DNA from: an uncultured Thermoplasmatales archaeon
Lineage (GTDB): Archaea; Thermoplasmatota; Thermoplasmata; Thermoplasmatales; GCA-001856825
NCBI GenBank assembly: GCA_964468585.1
Contig: CAYXTM010000007.1
Location: forward strand, 3,346 to 67,345
Reading direction: 5' to 3'
DNA length: 64,000 bases
Made by a program: the position numbers and the translations under genes. The notes beneath the pieces are model-generated. The model did not search any database. It worked only from the letters and a program-made list of their open reading frames with translations, and was not told the DNA's origin. This document shows positions 1-9,314 of the stretch, one piece after another. The stretch's first letter is position 1, and every line of letters begins with the position of its first letter.

Positions 1-385
1 CTTCAAGTTTATCAAGAGTGATTCTAGAAGATTCATAGAATGAATCTGGCGTGAAATTCAAAATGGCCATGATGGTTGGTCTTTCAAAATTCCAGTTGTT
101 ACCATGGATTCTAAGCTGATTTTTAGATTTATAAAATTTTAAAGAATTGATGATATCCGTTATTTTCAGAAAATTATTAAGCTGCTGATAATCAAGAGGA
201 GCTACAAAAAATTCTTTGCAAGAATAGAATTTACTGGGAAAAGAAAAGGTTACATCAATTTCCTTGCCAGAAACAATATAAAATGGAAAGTGAGGTAAAA
301 TCTCGGGACAATCAAGCTCTCTAATTAAGAATTCTTTGTTTTTTATTAAATAAATGTCAGACTTCCATGATTGAGAACTGGGCAT
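1..385 (-). CDS. folP: dihydropteroate synthase, 5' part (runs off the left window edge; not in the ORF track)
   Basis: Manual translation of the minus strand from ATG at 385 (GAGGGAG upstream) stays open to position 1: MPSSQSWKSDIYL...RPTIMAILNFTPDSFYE. This matches the DHPS N-terminal motif IMGILNxTPDSF. Confidence 0.85.
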   Translation of the reverse strand, partial: MPSSQSWKSDIYLIKNKEFLIRELDCPEILPHFPFYIVSGKEIDVTFSFPSKFYSCKEFFVAPLDYQQLNNFLKITDIINSLKFYKSKNQLRIHGNNWNFERPTIMAILNFTPDSFYESSRITLDKLE

Positions 386-662
386 GGGGGACTCCCTCTA
401 TGTATAGTACATGATCGGAATTGATATATCCTGCCTGAATTGCCGCATCCACAACCTTTTTACCAACTAGGTTTGCAACTGTACATATGTTGAAGAGCTC
501 AAGGAACTGCTGTTCATTCACCAACTGTTCTTTATAGAAACCTTCACTCACTTTCAACCTGAATTTTCCTTCCCTGAATTCCCTCCCTATGAGATCTTCA
601 TCTGCAGCAGCAAGTAGAATTTCACCTGCGGTTCTGTATATTTTCACCCAGATCAATCTCAA
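357..662 (-). CDS. DUF424 family protein
   Basis: 101 aa with LLAAADEDLIG...FY and ANLVG...VPHAQ, typical of archaeal DUF424. Overlaps the mcm stop codon. Confidence 0.85.
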   Translation of the reverse strand: MRLIWVKIYRTAGEILLAAADEDLIGREFREGKFRLKVSEGFYKEQLVNEQQFLELFNICTVANLVGKKVVDAAIQAGYINSDHVLYIEGVPHAQFSIMEV

Positions 663-2749
663 GCACCTTGCCTTGCCTTTAGGATTTTGAACATATCATT
701 CCGATATTCATAAATCATTGCATTATTTTTCATGATTTTGATTAGTTTGTCCAACTGCTCTTTGCTTATGTTATTCCGTTCTGCTTCAGCTTCTATGTCA
801 GAGAGCTTAGCATATCCATATTGATTCTCATAGCGTTCAATTACATCTTTGATGAACGCTATGTCAGTCCTTTCCTTGGAACTATGACCTGATGTAACTA
901 AATCGATATCGATCTTGCCGTTGACTGAAGCTGTATCCCTTAGGAAATATTCCATCAACCTTATGGCCCTTAATACATCTTCTTCCCCAATTCTATTTGA
1001 TAATCTAACCCTGGCGGATGCCTCTGAGAGCCTTATGAGAGCCTCAAGTTGCCTTGGGGTTATTATCATAGTTTTTGTTTCCTTTGACTGTGCTCTTTTT
1101 TCAAGATAGTATTCCTTGATCTTCTGTCTTGCATCCTGAGATAAGATGGGGAAACAATTCTTTCTTGCATATACCACATATTTTCTTATAAAATCTGGAG
1201 TTAAAGTTGGTCTATACATTGATTTTTCAATGTCTCTTCCACTGGCCATCTTTTCTCCATCAGTGTGAACATCAAGAATATATTCTGCCATGTTCTCATC
1301 CTGCTTCCCCGGTATATCTCTGACTAGGAATATAAGATCAAATCTTGATAGGAGTGAAGGTGGTAATTCAGTTTGTTCCACAATACTCATATCATCCTGA
1401 AGTCTTCCCAATTTTGGGTTGGCTGCACCAAGGACGGCGCACCTTGACATCAGGGTTGCATTAATACCAGCCTTTGCAATTGTTACCGTCTGCTGTTCCA
1501 TCGCTTCATGCATGGCACTTCTATCGTCTTTTTCCATTTTGTCTAGTTCATCTATGGCGGCAAGTCCACCATCAGCCAAAACTAATGTACCTGCTTCAAG
1601 AGTCCATCGTCCCTCAGATAGGTCATCCTTGATGGCTGCTGCGGTTAGTCCAGCAGCAGAGCTTCCCTTTCCTGAAGAATATACTGATTTTGGTGCCACA
1701 TTTACCGCGTATCTCAGCAATTGTGATTTAGCTGTTCCAGGATCTCCTAAAAGCAATATATGAATTTCTCCTCTTACCGATGTTCCATCTTGGAATCTTT
1801 TTCTTATTGCACCAAACAGTTGAAGTGTTATGGCTTCCTTTATATGCTCCATTCCATATATAGTGGGGGCAATGCTCTGTATTAATTTTGAATAAGGATC
1901 TGCTTCTGAAGCTAACCTTTTTATCTCTTCTTCTTCATCCTCAGTTATATCAATTTCCTCGTATTCAGTGGATTCCTTTTCGAAATATGACGCTTCTAGG
2001 AATATATCAAATTGTGTTCCTGGAGAGGAACCCACGTTTCTCTGTTTTCCTCTAAGAATTCCAGTAATTTTAACCCTATCTCCCGGATTAAGTTTTCCGC
2101 ATAAATCATCAATAAGGTGTACATTCACTCTTGCTGGCTGAGTTGCCCCCCTCAAAAGTTCAGGTTTTTCCTGTACTTCTATAAGTTGAGTGTCGTGAAA
2201 TACACTTTTCTCCGGAACGAATTTTAGCTTTATTCTATCAAGTTCTTTAGTCTTCCCACACAGATAACATTCAGTTGGTTCAAGCAATTTAGGGCCACTC
2301 TGTTCATATAATCCAACACCATGGCAATATGAGCATTCATATGCCGCAAGGGTAATGGTGGGAGTAACTTCCGTTACCCTCTTAACTATACCATCAATTT
2401 GCAGAAATTTGTTTAGGTCTTCACTTCTTAAATCTCTTATGCGTTTTTCTAGATCTGGGAGCTTTGTCGCGATTCTAATGTTAATTTTATTTGCTTTATT
2501 TTCTTTGAATTCTGAGGGAATGAAATCCTTTTCGAATACCTTTTTCAATATTCTGAGATAGTCATCAGGTCTCTCTATAAAATTCAGTGCAAAATCTCGA
2601 TTAATGGAGTCCATGTCCTCGTATTTTAAAATAAGGGATCTTTCTCTGGGATAATTGCTAATTAAACTGTATATTTCAGGAGCCATCTCTGTAAGAATTT
2701 TTGCCCACATTTCTTCAATCGATTTGTCTGTGAATTTTCTCATTACCAT
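659..2749 (-). CDS. mcm: replicative helicase MCM
   Basis: Zn finger CSYC/CYLC, Walker A GDPGTAKS, Walker B IDELDKM, arginine finger SRFD, C-terminal winged helix. No intein-sized insertion. Confidence 0.97.
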   Translation of the reverse strand: MVMRKFTDKSIEEMWAKILTEMAPEIYSLISNYPRERSLILKYEDMDSINRDFALNFIERPDDYLRILKKVFEKDFIPSEFKENKANKINIRIATKLPDLEKRIRDLRSEDLNKFLQIDGIVKRVTEVTPTITLAAYECSYCHGVGLYEQSGPKLLEPTECYLCGKTKELDRIKLKFVPEKSVFHDTQLIEVQEKPELLRGATQPARVNVHLIDDLCGKLNPGDRVKITGILRGKQRNVGSSPGTQFDIFLEASYFEKESTEYEEIDITEDEEEEIKRLASEADPYSKLIQSIAPTIYGMEHIKEAITLQLFGAIRKRFQDGTSVRGEIHILLLGDPGTAKSQLLRYAVNVAPKSVYSSGKGSSAAGLTAAAIKDDLSEGRWTLEAGTLVLADGGLAAIDELDKMEKDDRSAMHEAMEQQTVTIAKAGINATLMSRCAVLGAANPKLGRLQDDMSIVEQTELPPSLLSRFDLIFLVRDIPGKQDENMAEYILDVHTDGEKMASGRDIEKSMYRPTLTPDFIRKYVVYARKNCFPILSQDARQKIKEYYLEKRAQSKETKTMIITPRQLEALIRLSEASARVRLSNRIGEEDVLRAIRLMEYFLRDTASVNGKIDIDLVTSGHSSKERTDIAFIKDVIERYENQYGYAKLSDIEAEAERNNISKEQLDKLIKIMKNNAMIYEYRNDMFKILKARQGA

Positions 2750-2936
2750 TGGGTATAGGGTTATGCCGATTTAAGAATTTTGTACCTTATTGTATTTTTA
2801 ATGATTCTATAGTGGTTTATATTAGTTTATTTTTTTGCCAAGTTGATTTAAAATAGAGCCCACCCTGCAATTTAGTTTCTTTAAATTTACACTATAGACA
2901 GGAAACATTTATGTAAATGCAGTTATTTTGTGGTAA

Positions 2937-3009
2937 GCAGGTGTTGTGTAGCCTGGTAGCACAAAGGCCTTCCAAGCCTTTAGCCCGGGTTCAAATCCCG
3001 GCACCTGCA
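2937..3009 (+). tRNA. tRNA-Gly (anticodon TCC)
   Basis: Acceptor stem GCAGGTG/CACCTGC plus discriminator A; anticodon arm AAGGC-CT TCC AA-GCCTT; T arm CCGGG TTCAAAT CCCGG. Confidence 0.95.
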
Positions 3010-3245
3010 CTGAAAAAATGTATTCAATGCAGTAATATTATATAGAGGAGAAATAATGATTATCATTTTAACTCAGGATAAATTTGCAAAATAATATTCT
3101 CACAGCTAACCAATGACTTTCCATTGACGTTACTTGAGCTATTTGCGTTAAAAATCTTCTTATAAATAATATATAACACATTAAGAGTTTTGCATCATTA
3201 GAAAATCCCGTGATTCAGAACTAACGCTTAGATAATAGTGAATTT

Positions 3246-3728
3246 CTAAGGTGTATCATAAGAAGCTAATACATATTCTTCGCCATGTTTTTTGAATAAC
3301 CCCGAATATACTCCCCATTCTATAAAAATTACTTCCAATTCATGTAATCCTGAAGGAGAATTAAATCTCTGTATACCTTTTTTTAATAGCTCCTTTTGAA
3401 GGTCTTCAAGTTTGAATTTCTTAAGTTCAAGGGCTGTTGCAAAAGGTTCAAGAGACTTTATTGATTCTCTGAGAACTTCCTTCCTTTTTTTCAATCCATA
3501 TTTTATTAATTCAGCTCCTTTATCGGTTACAGAAATATCTCCTGAATCAATTTTTATAAAATTCAAACTGGATGCCGTATAAACAATCGGCATTAAATCA
3601 TCAACGTCAACTTCCATCTCTTTTTCTAGTTTATAAAGGTCAGTTTTACCATTAAAAATATTGGTAAGGGTGTATAGCAATCCTACCAAGTCTGCAATCC
3701 TAGAATCTGGATCAATAACTTCGGCCAT
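3246..3728 (-). CDS. stand-alone AAA-associated (winged-helix) domain protein of a NitT/TauT-like ABC system
   Basis: DLYKLEKEMEVDVDDLMPI...LNF...GD...T..G and WGVYSGLF resemble the C-terminal domain normally fused to NitT/TauT-type ATPases. Lies downstream of such an ABC pair. Confidence 0.7.
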   Translation of the reverse strand: MAEVIDPDSRIADLVGLLYTLTNIFNGKTDLYKLEKEMEVDVDDLMPIVYTASSLNFIKIDSGDISVTDKGAELIKYGLKKRKEVLRESIKSLEPFATALELKKFKLEDLQKELLKKGIQRFNSPSGLHELEVIFIEWGVYSGLFKKHGEEYVLASYDTP

Positions 3729-3843
3729 CTACAACACTCCATTTTTTATTATCTTATTAATTTTTCTTAGAAATTCAGTTATTCCATTGGAATAAAACAT
3801 GATAGCACTTATTCGGCAATAATTCCGATCCTTTGACTTCCAT

Positions 3844-5466
3844 TCACGCTGCATAAATTCCTTCCTCTGCAATATATTTCTTTCTTGCAAGATCCATGAG
3901 ACTCTTTGTGAAGAATATGGAATATATTATGATTATTATCGAGAAAATAAATGATGCCCATGCCGCAGCCTCAATGTTACCAGAATTTGTGGCCTGAGAA
4001 ATATATTTCATCAATCCAATTTTCACTTCTAAGTTTCTATCTCCAACTATATTTGGCCAATACTCGCCAATCATCAACCCTCCCCAAGCACTGTTTATCG
4101 TGGATGTGATTCCAGAAATTAGATAAGGGAATGTGCCGGGCAATATTATATATCTCAATTTCTGTATAAAATTCATCTGAAAATTCTCCATTAAATCGAA
4201 ATACTCGCTGGGCAAGGATTTTATGCCCATCCAGAATGAATACAAAATGTAATAAAATGTGCTGACGAAACCGAGTAGCAACACGTAAAATTCCGTGGTT
4301 AATAGACCAAATGCGTGGTAAATGAACGGAATAGTTGCCCCGAATACAATGGGAAAATAAATTGGAGGGGGGAAGGCGCTAAAAGTCTGAATTATAGGAA
4401 CCAGAATAGCCTCTCCCCTCTTATGTACGGCGAGGAAATATCCCAATAATACAGCTACCACGAATGAAACAAGGGCAATAATAGCGATTCTGATGTAATC
4501 AAAAATCATATTTTCTATTATGTATGGAACTAAATTGAATAAGTGGCCCCAAGTTGCAAATGGAATTGAGATTATTAATTTTACAGCGTAGTATAGAATA
4601 ATACCAAGAAGGATTATTCCGATTGCTGCTGGGATATATTTCAGGAATTCTAATCTTCTTCCCTCTTTTTCAAATAATTCCTCTTGATTTGATGTATTTC
4701 TGAACCTATAATAGTTCGCTAATCTTCCAAGAGGGGTAACGGTTATGGAAGATATAATTCTGGTTGTCTGTTTTAAATTTATTCTGCCTCTCCTCAATAT
4801 AGGAGCATCAGTATCAAGTGTATATTTTGCCACGATGTGCTTACTCAATTCTCTCAATATCAGCACAGATACCGCTATGATTAGAGCCATTATTATCATG
4901 GCATAATAAACGTAAATGAACTGATTTTTAGAATATAGAAATACTATTTCTGAACCAATTCCAAATGTTTCGTATTGATGAACTCCTATAGAAAAGACCT
5001 CACTCACAGTTATATAGAAAAAGGCATCGGCAAAACTTGGAAATAAATTGGCTGCAATCTTAGGATATGAAAAGGGGATGTAAATATTCTTCAATTTTTC
5101 CATTAGAGTTAAATTATAATTTTCTCCAACTTCTACCATTTCCTTTGGGACGGTTTTGAAGGCCTGATATTCCCCCATCCATATATTCCATACCACTGCT
5201 GTAAATACTAGAAAATCAGCCGCAAGCTCTACTCCCAAATATCCTCCGATAGAATTGACAAAAATTATAAGGACTATGGGGAAGAATGAGATGACTGGCA
5301 CGGATTCAAAAATCTCATTCAAAGGGATGTATATTCCTTCAAATATTCTACTCTTTATTGCTGCATACGACAGAAGCCAGCCAGTAACAATAGACAGCAA
5401 AATTATACCAAATACCCTCAATGTAGTGGCAATGGCAGCAAGTAAGAGAATTTCTAAAATATACAC
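3844..5466 (-). CDS. ABC transporter permease, NitT/TauT-like, two fused TM modules
   Basis: Two repeated permease units (SVPVISFFP / AFPPPIYFP) with EAA-like loops. Likely start is GTG at 5466 after GGAGTGA; the ORF track starts at 5499. Confidence 0.85.
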   Translation of the reverse strand: MYILEILLLAAIATTLRVFGIILLSIVTGWLLSYAAIKSRIFEGIYIPLNEIFESVPVISFFPIVLIIFVNSIGGYLGVELAADFLVFTAVVWNIWMGEYQAFKTVPKEMVEVGENYNLTLMEKLKNIYIPFSYPKIAANLFPSFADAFFYITVSEVFSIGVHQYETFGIGSEIVFLYSKNQFIYVYYAMIIMALIIAVSVLILRELSKHIVAKYTLDTDAPILRRGRINLKQTTRIISSITVTPLGRLANYYRFRNTSNQEELFEKEGRRLEFLKYIPAAIGIILLGIILYYAVKLIISIPFATWGHLFNLVPYIIENMIFDYIRIAIIALVSFVVAVLLGYFLAVHKRGEAILVPIIQTFSAFPPPIYFPIVFGATIPFIYHAFGLLTTEFYVLLLGFVSTFYYILYSFWMGIKSLPSEYFDLMENFQMNFIQKLRYIILPGTFPYLISGITSTINSAWGGLMIGEYWPNIVGDRNLEVKIGLMKYISQATNSGNIEAAAWASFIFSIIIIIYSIFFTKSLMDLARKKYIAEEGIYAA

Positions 5467-5470
5467 CAGA

Positions 5471-6274
5471 TCACTCCCTGGTTGTACCGGCAGAACCAAG
5501 ATAAGTATAGAGTTTATCTAGCATGGCGTTAAATTCATCACTTCTAGGATTTCTAGGTCTGGGAAGGGTAACATCTATTTTTGCAACAACGGTTGCCGGC
5601 ATATTATTTAAAATGTAAATCTGATCTGATAATTCGAGTACTTCCGTCAGGTTGTGAGATACCAACACTACGGCCTTAAGGTTAGTTTCAGGGTTAAACA
5701 ATATGTTATATATATCTTGCCTAAGACCTTCTGCAGTTAATTCATCAAGGTGTGCGAAAGGTTCATCCATAAGAAGCATGAGAGGTTCTGCTGCCAATGC
5801 CCTTGCAATGGACACCCTTTGTCTCATTCCCCCGCTCATTTCCTTGGGATAGAGATCTTCGAATCCCTGAAGACCCACCAGCTCCAACGCCTTTTTTGCT
5901 CTTATGTTTTCTTCCTCTTCAGTAAGGTTCTTTGATTTCAACGATATCTTAACATTCTCCAATGCAGTCATCCATGGAAAGGTAACGATAGATTGGTGAA
6001 TCAAGACAATCTGGGGGGTCGGTTTTGTTATTTTTCTTCCTTTAAGATAGACATTTCCGCTGTCGGGTGTTAAAAACCCACCAAGAAGCCTGAGGAATGT
6101 AGATTTACCAATTCCAGATCGACCTATAACCGAAACGAATTTATTCTCACCAATTGATAGATTGATATCGTGAAACACTTTGTATCCATTTTCATAAGTG
6201 AAATTTAGATTTTCCACTCTAAGTATCTCATTTTCTGAATTCCTATCCAACATATTAATCGTCAAGGTGGGCAC
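5471..6274 (-). CDS. ABC transporter ATP-binding protein, NitT/TauT family
   Basis: GRSGIGKST, MSGGMRQR, LLMDEPF, VSH and C-terminal LPRPRNP. Confidence 0.92.
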   Translation of the reverse strand: MPTLTINMLDRNSENEILRVENLNFTYENGYKVFHDINLSIGENKFVSVIGRSGIGKSTFLRLLGGFLTPDSGNVYLKGRKITKPTPQIVLIHQSIVTFPWMTALENVKISLKSKNLTEEEENIRAKKALELVGLQGFEDLYPKEMSGGMRQRVSIARALAAEPLMLLMDEPFAHLDELTAEGLRQDIYNILFNPETNLKAVVLVSHNLTEVLELSDQIYILNNMPATVVAKIDVTLPRPRNPRSDEFNAMLDKLYTYLGSAGTTRE

Positions 6275-6551
6275 CCCCTTTATTCAATATTACTGCTTCT
6301 TATTCCCCAGGTCTTAATGTTTAGGATTTGATCTTATATAATATTTTAGCAAGTATAATTTTGAGATCAGATATTTTACTGTTAAAATTCATTATAAGAT
6401 ATATGCAGAATAAATTCATAATTGAAAAATTCGAGAAAGCCAGTAGTTTAGGGATAAATATTGAATCTAGTCAAGAAGAAAAATGAAATGTTTAAGGGAT
6501 CATTAAGGTCTCAAGTAATCATATAAAAATGTATTGCATATATTCTAATGG

Positions 6552-6571
6552 CATGACAATATATTATCATG
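6552..6571. promoter_or_regulatory. 20-bp imperfect palindrome, candidate operator in the divergent ABC/MFS intergenic region
   Basis: CATGACAATA-TATTATCATG with one mismatched pair, about 55 nt upstream of the MFS start. Confidence 0.4.
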
Positions 6572-6624
6572 TACTCCCTTTCATATTTTCCAATTTTTGA
6601 TTATGCATCATCATATGGTCATAC

Positions 6625-8040
6625 ATGAGTTCGGATGCTTTCAAGGATATAGACAATGCCCCATTGAATCTAAACCATCTGAAGGTTTGGTTTACTTCAG
6701 GAATGGGATTCTTTACTGATGCCTACGATCTTTTTATAATAGGAATAGTCTTGATAATACTTGAGGGAAAATATGCCACTAGCTTCCATGTAGTAGCAGG
6801 AAATGCACTCATTGGTGCTGGTTTATTAGGGTCATCTGCAATAATAGCTGCAATATTTGGTCAATTAATATGGGGAACTATAGCCGATAAATTTGGTAGA
6901 AAGAGGATTTATGGATTGGAGGCAGCAATTTTGGCAACAGGTGCTATTCTCAGCGCTTTTGCTTGGAACTATTGGTCATTATTCGCTTTTAGATTCCTAT
7001 TAGGTTTCGGAATAGGTGGAGATTATCCAATTAGCGCAACTATAATGAGTGAATATTCTAATACAAAGGATAGGGGAAAACTTATAGCTCTAGTATTTGC
7101 AAATCAGGGTATTGGATCCGTTGCTGCTGTGGCAGTAGGATTAGGTGCAGTCAGTATTTTACCACCAGAATTGGCATGGAGGTTCATGCTAGCATTCGGT
7201 GCGATACCGGCCCTTGCAGTTATATATATGAGAAGAAAACTCCCAGAGACGCCAAGATACTCAGCATTGGTTAGACGTGATTCAAAAGAGGCAAAAAAGG
7301 CAGCTAAATTCATAAAAGGGGATGCCTCAGTTGATACAGAGGTTCAAACCAGGATTTCCTCATTATCCATATTTTTAAGAAATTATTGGAAAACTTTAGT
7401 AGTAACTGCTGGCTCATGGTTTTTGCTAGATATAGCATTCTATGGAACGGGAATCTTCTCGGGTCCTATTACAAATTCAATAATTCCTGTAACATCTTTA
7501 TCTGCAAAGATAATAATAGCTGGAATCCCATTCATGGTAGGATTCTTTGGATATTTCAGTGCAGTTGCACTTATGGATAAAGTTGGAAGAAAATTACTTC
7601 AGATTTTGGGCTTCGTTGCAATGGGTATACTGTACTTTACAGTCTCATCAATAATGCTGGTAAAAGGAACAAAAATAACCGGTTTTATGCTTCCGATTGA
7701 TATAACATTTGCACTATACGCACTGACTTACTTCTTCATTGATATGGGACCAAACACTACAACATTCATAGTTCCTGCAGAAGTTTATCCAGTAAAGTTT
7801 AGAACCACTGGTCATGGAATTTCTGCTGCAGCAGGAAAGACGGGTGCTGCTATTACGACGTTCTTCTTCATTTACCTTCTGGCGACAATAGGCCTCAAAG
7901 AAGTTCTATTGATGCTATCGATTGTCTCCATTATCGGTGCTATACTATCAATATTCCTGAAGGAAACAAAGGGATTGACTCTTGAAGAGGCATCAGGGGA
8001 AGAATTAGTTGGAGAAAGTAAACAGGTTGCTGTAAATTGA
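6625..8040 (+). CDS. MFS transporter, Pho84/PHS-like (probable phosphate:H+ symporter)
   Basis: GMGFFTDAYDLF, GIGGDYPISA, LPETPRY, WFLLDIAFYG, GPNTTTFIVPAE and RTTGHGISAAAGKTGA are hallmark PHS-family motifs. Confidence 0.85.
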   Translation: MSSDAFKDIDNAPLNLNHLKVWFTSGMGFFTDAYDLFIIGIVLIILEGKYATSFHVVAGNALIGAGLLGSSAIIAAIFGQLIWGTIADKFGRKRIYGLEAAILATGAILSAFAWNYWSLFAFRFLLGFGIGGDYPISATIMSEYSNTKDRGKLIALVFANQGIGSVAAVAVGLGAVSILPPELAWRFMLAFGAIPALAVIYMRRKLPETPRYSALVRRDSKEAKKAAKFIKGDASVDTEVQTRISSLSIFLRNYWKTLVVTAGSWFLLDIAFYGTGIFSGPITNSIIPVTSLSAKIIIAGIPFMVGFFGYFSAVALMDKVGRKLLQILGFVAMGILYFTVSSIMLVKGTKITGFMLPIDITFALYALTYFFIDMGPNTTTFIVPAEVYPVKFRTTGHGISAAAGKTGAAITTFFFIYLLATIGLKEVLLMLSIVSIIGAILSIFLKETKGLTLEEASGEELVGESKQVAVN

Positions 8041-8165
8041 AATTAATTTGATTTTTTTAAATTTTTACATATTTCAAAGTATTTTTCACGAAAGACCATT
8101 TCCATAATTCTAGCTTGGATAAAATCAGTAAAAAATTTAAATATAAGTTCATTATTGTTTAAACT

Positions 8166-8603
8166 ATGCTTGATAGCGATGCTTCAACAGCTAAAACATT
8201 GGTATTGGTAGCAATCGTATTACAAGTTATTTACTTCGCTCTAGGAATCATTGGAATAATGTTTTTCCTTCCTGTCTATTATATATCGCAACCACCCGGT
8301 GGTGTCTCTTCATCATCAACAATATCAATCACTTCAACGATGTCTATATTCGGACTTTTTTTAATACTAATTTTAGGAGCATTCCTTGTAAGCATAATGT
8401 GGATATTGCTCGATTACTTCCTGATTTATAAGAAACTGGAGCAAGAGCGGGTTAAGGAAACTGATACCGTCTCATTGATATTGGGAATTCTACAGTTGAT
8501 ATTTGGAGGATTGATTCCTGGTATCTTGTTAATTATTGCACACATCAAAATAAGGGATTCAATTGAAAAGTCAAAATATATGAATGGAAACGTTATGCAA
8601 TGA
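8166..8603 (+). CDS. hypothetical membrane protein (3-4 TM, Ser/Thr-rich loop)
   Basis: 145-aa ORF with hydrophobic segments and GGLIPGILLIIA. TATA-like TTTAAATA upstream. Confidence 0.7.
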   Translation: MLDSDASTAKTLVLVAIVLQVIYFALGIIGIMFFLPVYYISQPPGGVSSSSTISITSTMSIFGLFLILILGAFLVSIMWILLDYFLIYKKLEQERVKETDTVSLILGILQLIFGGLIPGILLIIAHIKIRDSIEKSKYMNGNVMQ

Positions 8604-9157
8604 TCAAATTAATTTGATTAGCTGTTTCATAATTTTAAATATAAATTTATTTTACGATTTCAATTAAATATTTTTTTATGTTTGATGACCTGAGGACCAA
8701 TATAAAGAGACTGTTATGATCTACTTATGATGTGCATCAAATATGGCAAATTTCACCAAGTATTATGGAATTAGAGTCCGAAAAGCTATAGATTGAACTT
8801 TTTAACAGAAAAATCAGTTTTGAAAGATCTCTGGTATGCTCTTTTTAATTTACGAAGAGAAATCGAAAGGAAATAAATATATATCAATCAATATAAGATC
8901 AATATCCATATCTAATTCTTAATGAACATAACTTTGTTTCATGATTTTTTAAGAAGGATAACAAGCCGATTATGGGGCAATTATATGAAAGCTTATTAGA
9001 TTCCTGTCGGATAAGAGCATCTTAAAATCAAATTAAGATAAAGCTTATTAGAAATCATTTTGACGATATTTCCGTATTTATTAAGCTACATAATAAAAAT
9101 ATATTTTCATTCAAATTCTTATTGCATAGGATCCAGAATTAGATTAAATTTTATAAA

Positions 9158-9231
9158 CGGGCCCGAGGGGATTCGAACCCCTGGCCTACTGGTTAAGAGC
9201 CAGTCGCTCTACCTGGCTAAGCTACGGGCCC
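9158..9231 (-). tRNA. tRNA-Lys (anticodon CTT)
   Basis: Reverse complement GGGCCCGTAGCTTAGCCAGGTAGAGCG-ACTGG CT CTT AA CCAGT-AGGCC-AGGGG TTCGAAT CCCCT-CGGGCCCG folds as a full cloverleaf. Confidence 0.96.
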
Positions 9232-9314
9232 AACAACTCTGTATAATTACGAGAAAATAAATGTTTCTTATGGAATTCAGGTTAATTTTTTAATACAGGA
9301 CTAATTTATACATT

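Noticed and set aside
2750-2936. Possible replication origin upstream of mcm
   Set aside because: AT-rich, but there are no repeated ORB elements with G-strings and no cdc6/orc1 nearby. It is explained by divergent mcm and tRNA promoters.
3203-3210. AAATCCCG matching the tRNA-Gly T arm as a possible att duplication
   Set aside because: Only 8 bp, which is expected by chance.
9060-9260. 66-aa ORF on the + strand
   Set aside because: It overlaps tRNA-Lys on the opposite strand; the GPEGIRTPGLL text is the typical translation of an antisense tRNA.
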